Of a stretch of DNA of 64,000 bases, positions 38,630-51,099 are shown one piece after another (positions within the stretch are counted from its first letter, which is position 1; every line of letters begins with the position of its first letter). The DNA lies in the NCBI GenBank assembly GCA_051294375.1, contig CM119265.1, positions 26,077,748 through 26,141,747 of the forward strand, written 5' to 3'. The notes beneath the pieces were generated by a model. It was not told the origin of the DNA, searched no databases, and saw nothing but the letters and a program-made list of their open reading frames with translations. This stretch comes from Paraspadella gotoi (lineage: Eukaryota; Animalia; Chaetognatha). The translations under genes were made by a program, and so were the position numbers.

Positions 38630-38991
38630 TGTATCATCGAAGATGGAATCAGAACCAGAAACAGAATCGGATCCGCGACTCGGATGAAATCAACCAAGGA
38701 CTCGCCGATTGGATGAATCACCATCGGAACGGGCCAATGAGAAGACGGGCTTTATGCCATCGGGAAAATGAACTCGTGTCGATGATCCGATCCTGTAGAA
38801 ATACTGACCATTTTTGTATTGATTCCATCTGTCTCAAATTCTCACACCGTCTTGCTTATCTTCTATCTGAGAATAAAATCCACTTTGGTTTCATGTTGAA
38901 ATCTCTGTCTACTTACTTAAATGTGGTGGCAGCGGTGGGATTCGAACCCACGCCTCCGCAGAGACTGGTGAAATCTCTGTCTACTTAAATG
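38630..38991 (+). mobile_element. LTR-like unit plus extended tRNA-Leu PBS (copy 1, divergent subfamily)
   Basis: ATTGG/CCAAT pair, TAGAAATA, CACCGTC, AGAATAAAATC, then TTAAATG|TGGTGGCAGCGGTGGGATTCGAACCC... Confidence 0.65.
38924..38970 (-). pseudogene. 3' half of mature tRNA-Leu (AAG/TAG type) with CCA, retro-copied
   Basis: Minus strand CACCAGTCTCTGCGGAGGCGTGGGTTCGAATCCCACCGCTGCCA-CCA gives the anticodon 3' strand, long variable arm, T arm, acceptor 3' strand and CCA. No 5' half. Confidence 0.85.
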
Positions 38992-40412
38992 GTATGTTAA
39001 ATCATAGAAAAATGAATAAGGAAGTGAATGCGGGGAAAGAACTGGCATGTATCGTATTCATTGACTGAATAGAAAGTATTCATCATTCGGTGACGAATGA
39101 GAGACTCGTGAATGAGGCTTCGAATGTGACACATTCTCGTGTGACGTCATCAATTATGAATTAAGGATTCATAATTTTTGCAGAAACGCCGACCGTTTAC
39201 GTTTCTCGCGAGGACTAAAAGGAGGACGATGACAACAACGACGACGATAACGACGACAACAACGACGACAACAACGACAACAACAACGACGACAACGACG
39301 AGCTCTCACCTCGACAACTTCCGTTTCGGAAGAAGAAGGAAAATGAAGACGAAGAGGTTTTCGTCTTTGCCGTCGTCGTCGTCGTCGTCGTCATCATCTT
39401 CGTCGAGGTCGTCAACTCTGACGCGGAAGACGTCGTTGTCGACGCAGATGACGCTGCCGACGCAGATGTCGCTGCCGACTCTGATCCGATGTCGGCTCCG
39501 GACGTTCTGTTGTTAGATTTAAATAGAGAGAGAGTCGACGAAGGTTTTTTCTCTTTCTCTTCTCCACGACGAGATTAAATATTTTTTTTTAAATAAAGGA
39601 AAATAATTCGTTTATGTTTAATTGCTGTGGTCGGCATTTAATTGTTAATCAATAATAAATGATAAAAAAAGAATTAATAAAAAAACTCTCGTTTTTCGTT
39701 CGTTAGATTATTTCATTTCTCTTTTGTTTGTTTTTCTTTCTCATTTTTTTTGTTTGTTTTTCCGCCATTTTGAATCCTGGCCTCGTTTCCGTCGACGACT
39801 TCGTGCATAATTCAGTTTCGCGAAGATGAGAGAGAGAAAAATATAATCAACGGGGGAATAAAGTTTGTTTGGGTCCGGAATTCCTTCGTTCCTTTGTTTG
39901 AGGTTTATCGCGTCTGTCTGTCCGTATGTGTGTCGAACTTGTCATATTAATTATTAACTCTTAACTCTCGTTCTTTACTAAATTTTCTTCATTTCATTTT
40001 AGACACTTCTTTTCTTTTGTTCTTCGTTTCTTTAACCTCCAAAAATAACTTCGCTATTTATATCCATTATTCTGCTTTCATTTTCATTTTTCTCTCCTTT
40101 CTCGTTTTCGCCTTTTCTTCCTTTTTCTTTTTTCCCTCCCTTTCTTTTCTTGCCTCCTTTTTTTCTTTCTTTCTTTCTTTCCTTCTTCCTTCCTTCCTTC
40201 CTCTTCTTCCTTCCTTCCTCCTTCCTTCCTTCCTTCCTCTTCCTCCTTCCTTTCCTTCCTCCCCCATTCCTTCCCTTCCTTCCTTCCTTCCTTCCTTCCT
40301 TCCTTCCTTCATTTACGTTCTGCGCCTTCTTTTCTTTATTTCTTTTCTTTCCTCCCTTATTCTTTTCCGCTTTCCATTCTCTCAACATTAATATTTTTTT
40401 TAAAAAAAAAAT

Positions 40413-40453
<41 letters not shown>

Positions 40454-40454
40454 T

Positions 40455-40507
<53 letters not shown>

Positions 40508-40755
40508 AACCTTACTTATTTTGTTGATTGTTATGTTTCAGTTTTCTCTGTTAATGTTTGCTGCTTTACCATCTGACGATGTTTAAAAAAAAAACGCTCT
40601 TTGCTTTCCCTTCCTCTGCATTCCGCCCGTTCTGTCTCGGCGTTGTTGTTTTTGTTTTTCCAACATTTCAATTTTCTTCCCCCTCGTTGCCGTAAACAAC
40701 CGCGCGGCGCGTCATCGGCGCTGTCGATTGCAAAGCCTGCCCCCTCTCTTTTCAG

Positions 40756-40917
40756 CTTACCTTTGTTTTGATCGGCCTCGTCGGGGCGGGAAAATCGTCG
40801 AAGATGTAAACTCCGATCGCGGCCAAAGTGGAATTTTCGAGCTTTGAATTCGTCGGTGGTAGAAATCGAGGTGGGATTCCACCATCGTCTGACCTGGGAG
40901 TGGGATGGCGGACGGAG
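40756..40917 (+). CDS. Candidate exon with a P-loop NTPase Walker A motif (LTFVLIGLVGAGKSS) and one in-frame stop
   Basis: Acceptor CTCTCTTTTCAG|, donor GGAG|GTAAGG, 162 nt. Hydrophobic strand plus GxxGxGKSS; TAA at codon 18 (error or pseudogene). Confidence 0.35.
40761..40893 (-). CDS. Alternative candidate exon on the opposite strand (133 nt)
   Basis: Long pyrimidine-rich tract with CCCAG|GTC, donor AAAG|GTAAGC; all three frames open. One reads SDDGGIPPRFLPPTNSKLENSTLAAIGVYIFDDFPAP (weakly cadherin-like). Confidence 0.3.
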
Positions 40918-41068
40918 GTAAGGGTGGGTAGGGTAGGGTTTGGGAGGACAAAGGGAGGAAAGAAAAGGATTAGATTTTGAGGACGAGAAAAATATGGGGA
41001 GGAAAAGGAATTATGATGAACGCGTCATAGTACTTGGGAGGCGAGATGAGAGAGAGAGAGAGAGAGAG

Positions 41069-41107
<39 letters not shown>

Positions 41108-43185
41108 GGATAGGATTTAATTAATATGTAGCGACGTAAGCTCTGACGAACAAAGCCCGAGGTTTTTTTAATATATTGCTATACGGCCAGAAGGTAGCAG
41201 ATGATGGGCAATATTGTTAATTATTAAGTTTCAAAAAAATCCGACCTACTAAATATAGAAAATCATTAATTCAAAATCTTCGGAAAATTCACCCCTTTCT
41301 TTGAGAAGATTTTCGCCATTAGAACAGATTTTCCCGAATTGACTCCCGGTTGAAAACTTCTTAGAATTCCAATCAGTTTTAGCATCCTTCTTTTACTTTT
41401 ACTTTAAATAAATAAATTCACCAAAATGGACTAATTCACTTTACCATGATCGTATCATATCAAAATAACCTAATAAAATGTAAAGAAAAATTTTTGAGGA
41501 GCCCTCTCAGACACTCTGCCAAAGGCATTCCAAAAATTGACCTATTTGTGAACAGGAACAGTTCACGTTTATATCGTTTTCAAGGAAAAAACAATTCCCT
41601 GTTCATTTCTATATTAACAATCAGACGATGGAAAATTTTTTCCGTGCCAGAACGCAGTCGTAATTTGTTCTGGATTGTTTGATATCAAGATGTTGATGAT
41701 TTGGACAGAAGAAAAAACAACTGCGTGAGCCCTTTCAGATGCAAAACAGGTATCGGAATCCAAGATGTTTCTTACATTCGATCATTTTACCATCAATTTT
41801 TTACCAGCGAGCGTTTTATATTGTTTGGTATTCAGATTTTGAACGAAAATCTCCCATTGAAAAAGTCTTCCTACGATCTCTAAGAACGACGTTAGATCCT
41901 ATAATATGAGAAGAGATCGCGGACTTTGCCCCTTTATGAATCTTTAATTCCATTTGATTCATGTTTGAAAATCGCGATGGAACGAGGTTAATGCCACTTG
42001 ACGGATGGAATCGGCTTCCGACCGATTTCACCAGATGGCGAACGATGTGAAAAAAAAAAGGTGAAAAGCGGATTTATGTGAGACGCTGTCGAGCGTCGTC
42101 AAAATACATCGAGGAAAATGACAGAAGGGGAAATTCTAATGGAGAAGAGGGCAAGATTGACAAAATAGTTTTAAATGGAATAATCATTTTTAAAATAATG
42201 ACAAGAAGTTGACCTATAAGACAGAAAAATGAGAAATATTGCGTTGGGTTAATATTGCAAGGGTTACAATATGCAAATCGTCGTTTTTAATATAAATTCG
42301 CTCAGAAATGAAAAAAAAATTAAAAGAAAAATGAAAAAAAAGACAAAAAATTAAGCAAATCAGATTTTTTTTTCTGCTTCGACCGGAAATCGTTTGTCTT
42401 TGTTAAAGGAGAAAAACGTTTCGCGTCGAGAATAAAAAAAACAAACAAAAAAAAAACAAAAACAAAAAAACAACAAAACAAAACAAAAAAAACCCAAAAA
42501 AAACAAAAGAAGGAAAAGCAGAAAAAAAGGCACAAAATTAAAAATAATGGAAATCGCCGAATTAAAACTGACATCAACGTCGGGTAGAGAAGAAATTAGT
42601 TTCAATCGTTAATGAATTAGTCAAAAATGTCCCTACTTTTACCCTTACCCTGGAACGATGATTTGGAAAGCGTTTTTAATGTTCACAAACACAGTTTGTA
42701 TTATTATATTAATACAATGATAATTAATTTGAAAACGCATCAAATGAGTTATAATTAATTACAATCAAGATCAAACAGATACCTTCTCCCCTTTTTTCAC
42801 TTTCCTCTTTTTCAACTAAATCTTCTGATGCTACGGACAGGAAACTCATTTTCTCATTGAATCTGTGGATTCGATCATCGAGATATCTCATCCCTGAATA
42901 CTTCATCACAATCATTGGTCAGCTCCAATAGTTATTTTTACCTTTTACAAACTTTGATTAAAGACTTTGTTTCCCGAAACAAATGATCAATCTGTTTCAG
43001 TTCCATTCATTAACAATCAGCTGATTTAACTGGTTGTGTTTTTACCTAGCTTAAAATCTGATTTACAGAGATAACTAATAATTAACAACCTACCTTGAAT
43101 CTCACCGGTTAAAAAACAAACATTATTTAACTTGAGATTTTCTTTATATCATCGCAAGAGATCAATCTCACCAAAATCCAAAACG

Positions 43186-43494
43186 TATCGGAGGATCGGG
43201 CGATCGCCGCCAGAATGGAATCATTGAACGCTGATTGGCTGAGACGGAACCGGAACCGACCAATCAGCTTGCTGGAACGATGGAATTGTCAAAATCACTC
43301 TTGGGTCTGATCCTGTCTTTTGTTATAAATAGCTTTAGTTCTCTCTTAGTTTCAGTAGCATTGATTCAGACTCCTGCGTGCGTCTCACCGTCACCTTTAT
43401 TTACTCAGAATAAAATCGATATGATTTCAACCTGAAAATCCATGAGTTTTTCCTTAAATGTGGTGGCAGCCGTGTGATTACAACCAACGCCTCC
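43186..43494 (+). mobile_element. LTR-like unit plus degenerate tRNA-Leu complement (copy 2)
   Basis: ATTGG at 43234, CCAAT at 43260, TATAAATA at 43324, AATAAA at 43409, then TTAAATG|TGGTGGCAGCCGTG at 43461. Clearly homologous to 52080-52416. Confidence 0.7.
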
Positions 43495-43896
43495 ACCAAC
43501 TTTCTTTTTTTTTTCTAAAATATAAAATTTTCCTCGCTCGCCGCTTTAAAACTATTTGAATCACGATAATATTTATAAAACCGATTTTAATAATTATTTT
43601 AAAAAAAGAGAGAAATATTTCGACGGTGACACGAAAAAAGAAGAAAAGTTACTTTTTAAAATCCTTTTTACGAGGAACGTAAATTTTTTCTTTAAAAAAA
43701 AGTGGCAGTTTTCACTCAAAAATTATTTTTTTCATTTATAAATTTTATGTATGAATTTTTTTGAAAAGCGTTATTTAGCTTAATCAAGTGACTTTGTCAT
43801 AAAAAAGTTATGTTTTGACGGATGAGGCAAAAATCACTTTGTGTGGAGAGGAAATTATCCGTGACGTGACTCACATCACAAAAGCCTCTCACCTCT

Positions 43897-43968
<72 letters not shown>

Positions 43969-44255
43969 TCTTTCTCTCTTACTCTCTCACTGTCTCAACT
44001 CTCACGCACCCTCTCGCTCTCACATCTCGCTCGCCCTGTTTCGTTCTTTGTGAACCAATTCGTTCAATTTCATTTCGAGACGTCACCCTTTCACGTTTCT
44101 CTTTAAATCTTTCAAACCAACTTCCGTTTCGGACTAAAAAGTTGACCTTCGGCAAAATCTATTATTATATCAAGAGAACTTCATCTTGTCACATCAATAT
44201 TAATATTTTACCTTTACAGAAGCTTAAAATTATCTATATCTTTCCATCTCTTTTC

Positions 44256-44374
<119 letters not shown>

Positions 44375-44981
44375 ATCTTTGGTTTCAATCTACTTTGGAA
44401 TGACCTTTCTTCAAGGTCACCGACTCACCTGAGTTATTTATAAATTGGACCTCTAGCAAAAAATCATCTTAAATTGAAAAAAGAAACTAACGAATGAAAA
44501 ACACGGCGAATACTTAATGTTATAAAATTTTCTTTAGCAGCTTTATTCAATTTGCCCCGCAAATTCGAGTTTTTAATAATTTAGCTTAATTGCTTTAAAA
44601 AAAAACAAATTTAATATTTTCTCTCGAATTTTACATAAAAGGTTGTGTTTCGGAGACTTAAAATTAATTTTCTAAAATAACAGAAATGAAATAATAGAAC
44701 AAATTCATTAATAAAAAAAAATCTATAAAAATAAAATTTATGAGATGTTCACTCTGCTTAAAATGCTTTTTTTGGCTTATTTTTTCGGTGCTTTTATGCT
44801 TTTTTTGACGGATTTATTCGAATTTCTTTGACTCTTGATTTCATTTTCCTTTCAGTTTTTTTTTCTGGATTTGTATTCCTCTCTTTTCTTAGGGGTCAAT
44901 AAATGGAGTTCATATTCGTATTGTATTTCGTGTCTACAGAATAGGAACTACGGGTCAATTCAGTTATAGAAAGAAGAATAT

Positions 44982-45032
<51 letters not shown>

Positions 45033-45595
45033 TGAGTGAGTGAGATTCGTTTATTGGAAAATAGACTGAATAAAACGATGAGGGTCAAAAGGACAAGAAT
45101 CTCCAGAATAGATTCCGTTTGCGAAGGAGAAACGACGACGAAAGACATGAAGGACAACAACAACGACAACGACAACGACAACAAGGGGAACAGGGACCAA
45201 ATTCATCACAAGCAATCAGCAATAAAAATGTAAAACTAATCAAGGATATTCCACCAATTAAATTTCCTACATTTGACAAAGAAGAGCACCGTCAAAAACG
45301 ATAACAAGAAAGACATTCAAATTGCAAAGGAAGATAAAAATTTTATTTTATATCAAGAATGATACACTAGCAAAATAAACCAAACAAATAAAAATAGAAT
45401 TAAGGGTTACGTGAAGAAAAACGAGATAAAGAACTACATTTACATTTACAAAATCACAAGAATACAGAAGTTCACGTAGTTTTAAAAGAAGTTAGTAAAA
45501 GAAGCTCCAATATAAGGGCAATACATTATTATCGCTCATTTTGACTTAAAACAGAAATCTCTCCGGGATCAGCAGTTAATACCGCCCAAGAAAAA

Positions 45596-45930
45596 AAGCC
45601 CTCAGGACATAACAATTCAAAGCTAATTACCAAGCACCAAAGACAAGAAGCCCTCAGGACATAACAATTCAAACCGCTTATCCAGCAGCAAAAGACAAGA
45701 AGCCTCAGGACATGACAATTCAAACGCTTATCCCAAGCACCAAAGACAAGAAGCCCTCAGGACATGACAATTCAAACCGCTTTATCCCAAGCACCAAAGA
45801 CAAGAAGCCCTCAGGACATGACAATTCAAACCGTTATCCGAAGCAGCAAAGACAAGAAGCCCTCAGGACATGACAAATTCAAACCGCTTATCCCAAGCAC
45901 CAAGACAAGAAGCCCTCCAGGGACATAACA
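45596..45930. repeat. 53-bp minisatellite, ~6.5 units
   Basis: AAGCCCTCAGGACATGACAATTCAAACCGCTTATCCCAAGCACCAAAGACAAG. Confidence 0.92.
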
Positions 45931-46043
45931 AAACAGGAACGTCGTTTCCTTCTTTTTCCTTCCTTTCACGACGCAACCATAATTCAGCGGAATTTCCTTC
46001 CTTGAGCGGAAAAGAGGAATTTCTCTTCCGGATCGCGGATTGA

Positions 46044-46074
<31 letters not shown>

Positions 46075-46684
46075 AGAGAAGAGAGAGAGACAGGAGGAGA
46101 GAGAGACTGAGAGAGAGAGACGAACCTTAGCTTTTAGTTCTACAGTTTGTTTTTTTATCGTTTGTCCTTCAATTCTTTTTAGTTTTTTTCTTTTTCATAC
46201 ATTTTGTCCTTTTGTGTCACTTTTTTCTTGAGTTTATTGTCTCGTTAAATCCATTTTTTCTATCCTTTTGATCGTTTTATGCCATTTTTTTCCCCGATAC
46301 ATGAAAAGATATCGTTTAATTCGCAAGAGAGACTACTTTAATAAAAACAATGAACTTATTCAGACGCGATTATGTTAAATATATTTAACTTTCCTCATTT
46401 AATAAAATAAAGTCAAGATTCACTGGACGGTCTCCTTCCGATTTTCTCTCTTCTTCTTTCATTCTTATTCTTCCCCTCCTCCTCTTCCTCCTCCTCCTCC
46501 TCCTCCTCCTCCTCCTCCTCCTTTTCTCTAAGGATGAAACCGTCTTTTAAGTTTTAACTCCCGTTTGCTCTCTCGTTGCTTCCATCCTCTGGCAGCTGCA
46601 ACGCCCCTTCGCATTCCCAACAGCCGCATCTCGGGCTTTATTGCAACCACGCCTTCAATGCAACGAGTATCCGTCAAGCGTCTC

Positions 46685-46925
46685 GCTAAATCATCCAGAA
46701 ACCAGGTCACAACATCATCCAGCAAAAGCCTCTCTACATCATCCCAAAAGCATGCCGTAACATCATCCATTAAGCGGATACTGACTACATCAAGAAATCA
46801 TGCCACAACATCATCTATCAAGAGCCTCTATATGGATGAGATGAGATGAGAGAGTCTCTACATCATCGAGAAACCATGTCACAACATCATGCGTCAAGAG
46901 GTTCTCTACATCATTCAGAAACGAT
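46685..46925. repeat. Degenerate ~48-bp tandem repeat (CACAACATCAT...CTACATCAT), possibly coding
   Basis: Translates on + as repeated RNQVTTSSSKSLSTSS / QKHAVTSSIKRILTTS / RNHATTSSIKSL. Confidence 0.55.
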
Positions 46926-47668
46926 GTTTCGACTTCAAATCAACATCCAACCACTGCCCCTTCTCCCGAGGGACTTCGTATATTTCCCCTGGTGTCGATA
47001 TGATAGAAAGAACAAGAAACGTTATCGTTATTGTCGTTTTGGCCTTATTTTCCCAGAACGCCCCAAGTTATCTTAAATTTGGAATTAGGTTAATTTGTCG
47101 AGTTAAAAGTTTGGATAGAGGTTTGGGATAGGGATTCGGGTTAGGGACTAGTATTTAGGGGTAGAGTTTATGGTTAAGGGTTGGGGTTTGAGATTTGGTT
47201 AAGGTGAGAGAAAACATATTTAGTTTAAAATTAAGTTATAAATAAACGAATAGAAATGGGGGCTCTTGGAAAAGACACAAAAACAGAAATAGAGACGGCC
47301 TCGAACTCGCGACCTCTCAGCAACGACGAGCGCATCGATAGACTTAATCCTGGATTGGATTTCGGAAAAAGCAACAAAAAAAAAAGAGGAAGCAGAAATG
47401 AAAAGAGAGAAAAAACAAACTACGCGTTGGGGAATAAACTAGAGAAAATAGGAGAGCGAGAGATTGAGAGGAAAAAAAAGAAAAAGAAAAGCTGATAAAG
47501 TTTTTAAAGAAAAAAAAGAGAGGATGAGGAAAAGAAAAGAAAAAGGAGGAAAGGAAAGGGTCTCGAGAGAGGTGGAGGAGGAAGAGGAGGAGGGGAAGGA
47601 GGCGTGCCCCCGAGTTGAGTGCCGGAGTTCTCCCGTAAAAACGCTAGATAAGGGGAGAGAGAGAGAGG

Positions 47669-47719
<51 letters not shown>

Positions 47720-48456
47720 TTTTTAAACAAACATAATTTTACTTAAATCATCCATAAGAGTGAAATATATTGCCTAGAAAAATGTTACATTGAAAATATT
47801 AAATGTGAATTGTGAAAACGAATTGTTAACATACAAACGTAGAGTGAATGAATGAGACTTTGAATACCGACTAAAGAAAAAAAAACCTTTATCACCTGAG
47901 AATAAAAAGAATGAATGAAAAAAGTGGGAAAGAAAATTGATGATTTTGTAGCTAAACTAAATGATGGATGAAGAAAAACAAAATGGCGGATGTGGATGGG
48001 ATTTTATCGATGAAAATATGGAGGAAAAATGAAAAGAAGAAAGTGGAGGAAAAAGGAAAGAGGAGAAAAGAGGAAGAGAGAAAAGGGAAGAGAGTAAAGA
48101 AATTAGCAAAAAGAAGAGGAAAAGAAGAGAAAAGAAAATTTGAGGAAAGAAAAGAGAAAGAAAAAAATGGAGGAAAGAAAAGAGAGGAAAGAAAGTGTAG
48201 TAAAGAGGAGGAAAAGCGAAGAAAATTGGAGGAAAGAAAAGAGAGGGAAAAAATGGATGGAAGAAAAGAAAAGAGAAGTAAAGAAAAGAGAGAATAGAAA
48301 AGAGGAGCAAAAAAAGGAAGATTTAAGAGAAGAAAAAGATGAGGACAAAGGTAAGAGGAAGATAGAGGAGCGACAAAAGACAAAAGAAAAGAAAGATTAA
48401 ATGAAGAAAAAGGAAAGAGCGAAGTGGAAAGGAGAAAGAAGGGGAAACAATTGATT

Positions 48457-48542
<86 letters not shown>

Positions 48543-49057
48543 TTTCGGAAACCCGAAAAGCCTCGAGGAAGAAAATAAAAGTTGATGGTGCTGGAGGAAG
48601 CCGAAGTTTCCGCAGCTGGAAACCTCTGGTGATTCTGCTGCAGCTGCTAACGCTGCTGACGCTGCCGCTTCAGCCGCAGCAGCTACCTTCGTTTCCTGCG
48701 AATTTTCCTCACAAAAAAAACAAAGCAAAAACTACCGCAATGAGGACGATGACGAAAACGACCATGAGAAGAATAAACATCAGTTCAAACTTCAAAACAA
48801 TAACGGAAATAGATGACGACGAAGACGACGACGAAGATGACGACGACGAAGAATAAGAAGAAGGCAATGAAGACGATGACAACGACGAAGACAATTATGA
48901 CGACGACGACGGCGACAACGAAGACGACGAATACAAAGAATAATAAGAAGAAAGCAACAATGACGACGACGACGATGACGACGACGACAATTACGATGTC
49001 GACGAAGACGATGATGACGACGTCAGGCAACTTTATAAAAAAAAAACAAGTTTGAGC

Positions 49058-49090
49058 AAACAATGTCGGATCTGCCCACGATCATCATCG
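49058..49090 (+). CDS. Candidate short exon (MSDLPTIII or KQCRICPRSSS), paralogous to 3112-3144
   Basis: 34/37 nt identity to 3112-3148; G|GTAATT donor-like site. Confidence 0.25.
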
Positions 49091-49383
49091 GTAATTAATT
49101 AATTAATAATTAATTAATTCAAGTTATTAATTAATTTATTAGGCAATTAATTAATCAATTTGAACCGAAATGTTTGTTTTGATTGATTAATTGACTGATT
49201 AATTAATTATTGATTAATTAATTGACTTATTAATGATCGGATACGAGGAGGCAGAGATTTTGCTGCGGGGGAGGAAGGGGGAAAGAGGGTGGAGGACGAG
49301 AGAGAGGAAACGAGGAAGAAGAGAGGGAGGAGGTGGGGTGGGTGGAAGGAGAAGAATAGGTAGGGAAAGATTGTGATCTCGTG

Positions 49384-49408
49384 ATTGGGTCGTGCAGGTC
49401 ACGTGACC
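49384..49408 (-). promoter_or_regulatory. E-box/CCAAT composite element
   Basis: Perfect palindrome GGTCACGTGACC; on the minus strand CACGTG-N11-CCAAT. Confidence 0.35.
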
Positions 49409-50289
49409 GTAGGTGCCTGGCAGTTGGCGATAAACGATCACCGGTTCACGAAATTGTCTAATTTTGCGTCGAAACGCGAATTAAAAAAAAAAGTTAAAAA
49501 GTTTGAGGGAAACCCATTTTGGCACTATTTTTCGAAAGAGCCCAATTTCTGTTCCTAATATCCTAAATATTTAACCCTAATCACCTAATCTCCTAATCTA
49601 TTTAACCCCAATACCTAATCTTTAAACTTGAACACTTACTTAATTTTGAATTTAAGCTGATATGGGGTGCTTTTCGAAAAATATTTTTTTGGTGTTGTTA
49701 TGACTGACATTTTTTCAGCGAAATAATTACTTCAAAACCTTCAAAACAGCTAATCAGCTAAACGTCTCGTGAAAAAACTGAAGAAAAAAAATTATCGTTC
49801 CTTTTTATTTTTTTTTATTTTCGTTTTACTTGACTTCTTCCTTTCATTGCCTTTTTCCTCGTTCTTTGTTTGGCTCGATTCATCCTCGGTTATTGCCTGC
49901 CATGCCACCCAACGGCAACGCCATGCCATGCCATGCTCTCGGAAAGCCGGAAACATTGTTTTCGCAATTCTGTATTTCTCGTTTTTAATTAGCGAATCGT
50001 TGACGGGTCNNNNNNNNNNNNNNNNNNNNNNNNNNNNNNNNNNNNNNNNNNNNNNNNNNNNNNNNNNNNNNNNNNNNNNNNNNNNNNNNNNNNNNNNNNN
50101 NNNNNNNNNNNNNNNNNNNNNNNNNNNNNNNNNNNNNNNNNNNNNNNNNNNNNNNNNNNNNNNNNNNNNNNNNNNNNNNNNNNNNNNNNNNNNNNNNNNN
50201 NNNNNNNNNNNNNNNNNNNNNNNNNNNNNNNNNNNNNNNNNNNNNNNNNNNNNNNNNGAGAGAGAGAGAGAGAGAGAGAGATTAAGAGA

Positions 50290-51050
50290 GAGAAATGTTC
50301 ACACAGGAAATGACTTACATTTTCCAACGCAAATTGTAAAAGTTGCTACTTCGTTTGATTCTTATCTTCACTTCGTGACGAAGTTATGAGTTCCATCGGA
50401 AAAAACTCATTGCAACTCGTATCTTTATTGCATCTGGCGGTTCCATTTCTGCCACGGTCACCGTTTGTGCCCCAGAGTGTTAATATAATCTTACAGCGTC
50501 GTCCTTTTATTCAGTCCCGTCGTAATATAGCGTCCTCCTGAGATGAGACAATGTGCCATCCAAATCTTGCCATTTCGTCAGATCGTACCGTCAGAGACGA
50601 GAGAGAGTAAGAGACCGACGAGAGAGAGAGGGAGAGAGGAGAGAGAGAAAAAGACCTTGTTCGCCCGTGATGAAGAAGAGACGAGAGAAGGATGAGCAGT
50701 AAGAGGACGAGAATATGTCACCGAGGAACATGAAACCTTACATTCTCCAACGCAACATTGAAAAGTGCTACTTCGTTTGATTCTTATCTGCACATTCTTG
50801 ACGCAAGTTATGTGAGTTCCATCGGAAAAACTCCTCATTGCAACTGCGTTATCTTAATTGCATCTCGGCGGTTTTCCATTCTGCCACCGTTCACCGTTGT
50901 TTTTGCCCGCATGAAAGTTTAATAAACTTACAGCGACGTCCCCTATTGTTAATTTACGAGTCCCGTACCCCCTAATATAGCGTTCCTCACTGAGATACGG
51001 AAATGCTGCAGTCCCAAATCTTGGCCATTTCGTCCAGATCGGACGGCACC
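50290..51050. repeat. Noisy tandem duplicate (50290-50590 versus 50710-51050) containing a candidate minus-strand exon
   Basis: GCTACTTCGTTTGATTCTTATCT and GAGTTCCATCGGAAAAA occur in both; indel-dominated differences; AT|GTAAG donor in both. Confidence 0.85.
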
Positions 51051-51099
51051 TAACCCACCGAACCCGCCATTGGCTCCTGCTCAGACCGCGACCGAAGAT

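Noticed and set aside
38924-38970. Functional tRNA-Leu gene or phage-type att site
   Set aside because: The 5' half and A-box are missing; encoded CCA indicates an RNA-derived copy; no integrase nearby.
39184-39516. Coding exon after TTTTTGCAG
   Set aside because: Open frames are explained by (ACG)/(TCG) repeats; no recognisable product.
41446-42050. Transposase remnant or continuation of the P-loop gene
   Set aside because: Frames are interrupted and no convincing DDE or DxxG motif is present.
45596-45930. 53-bp regular repeat as a CRISPR array
   Set aside because: Units are repeated in full with no unique spacers; eukaryotic context and no cas genes.
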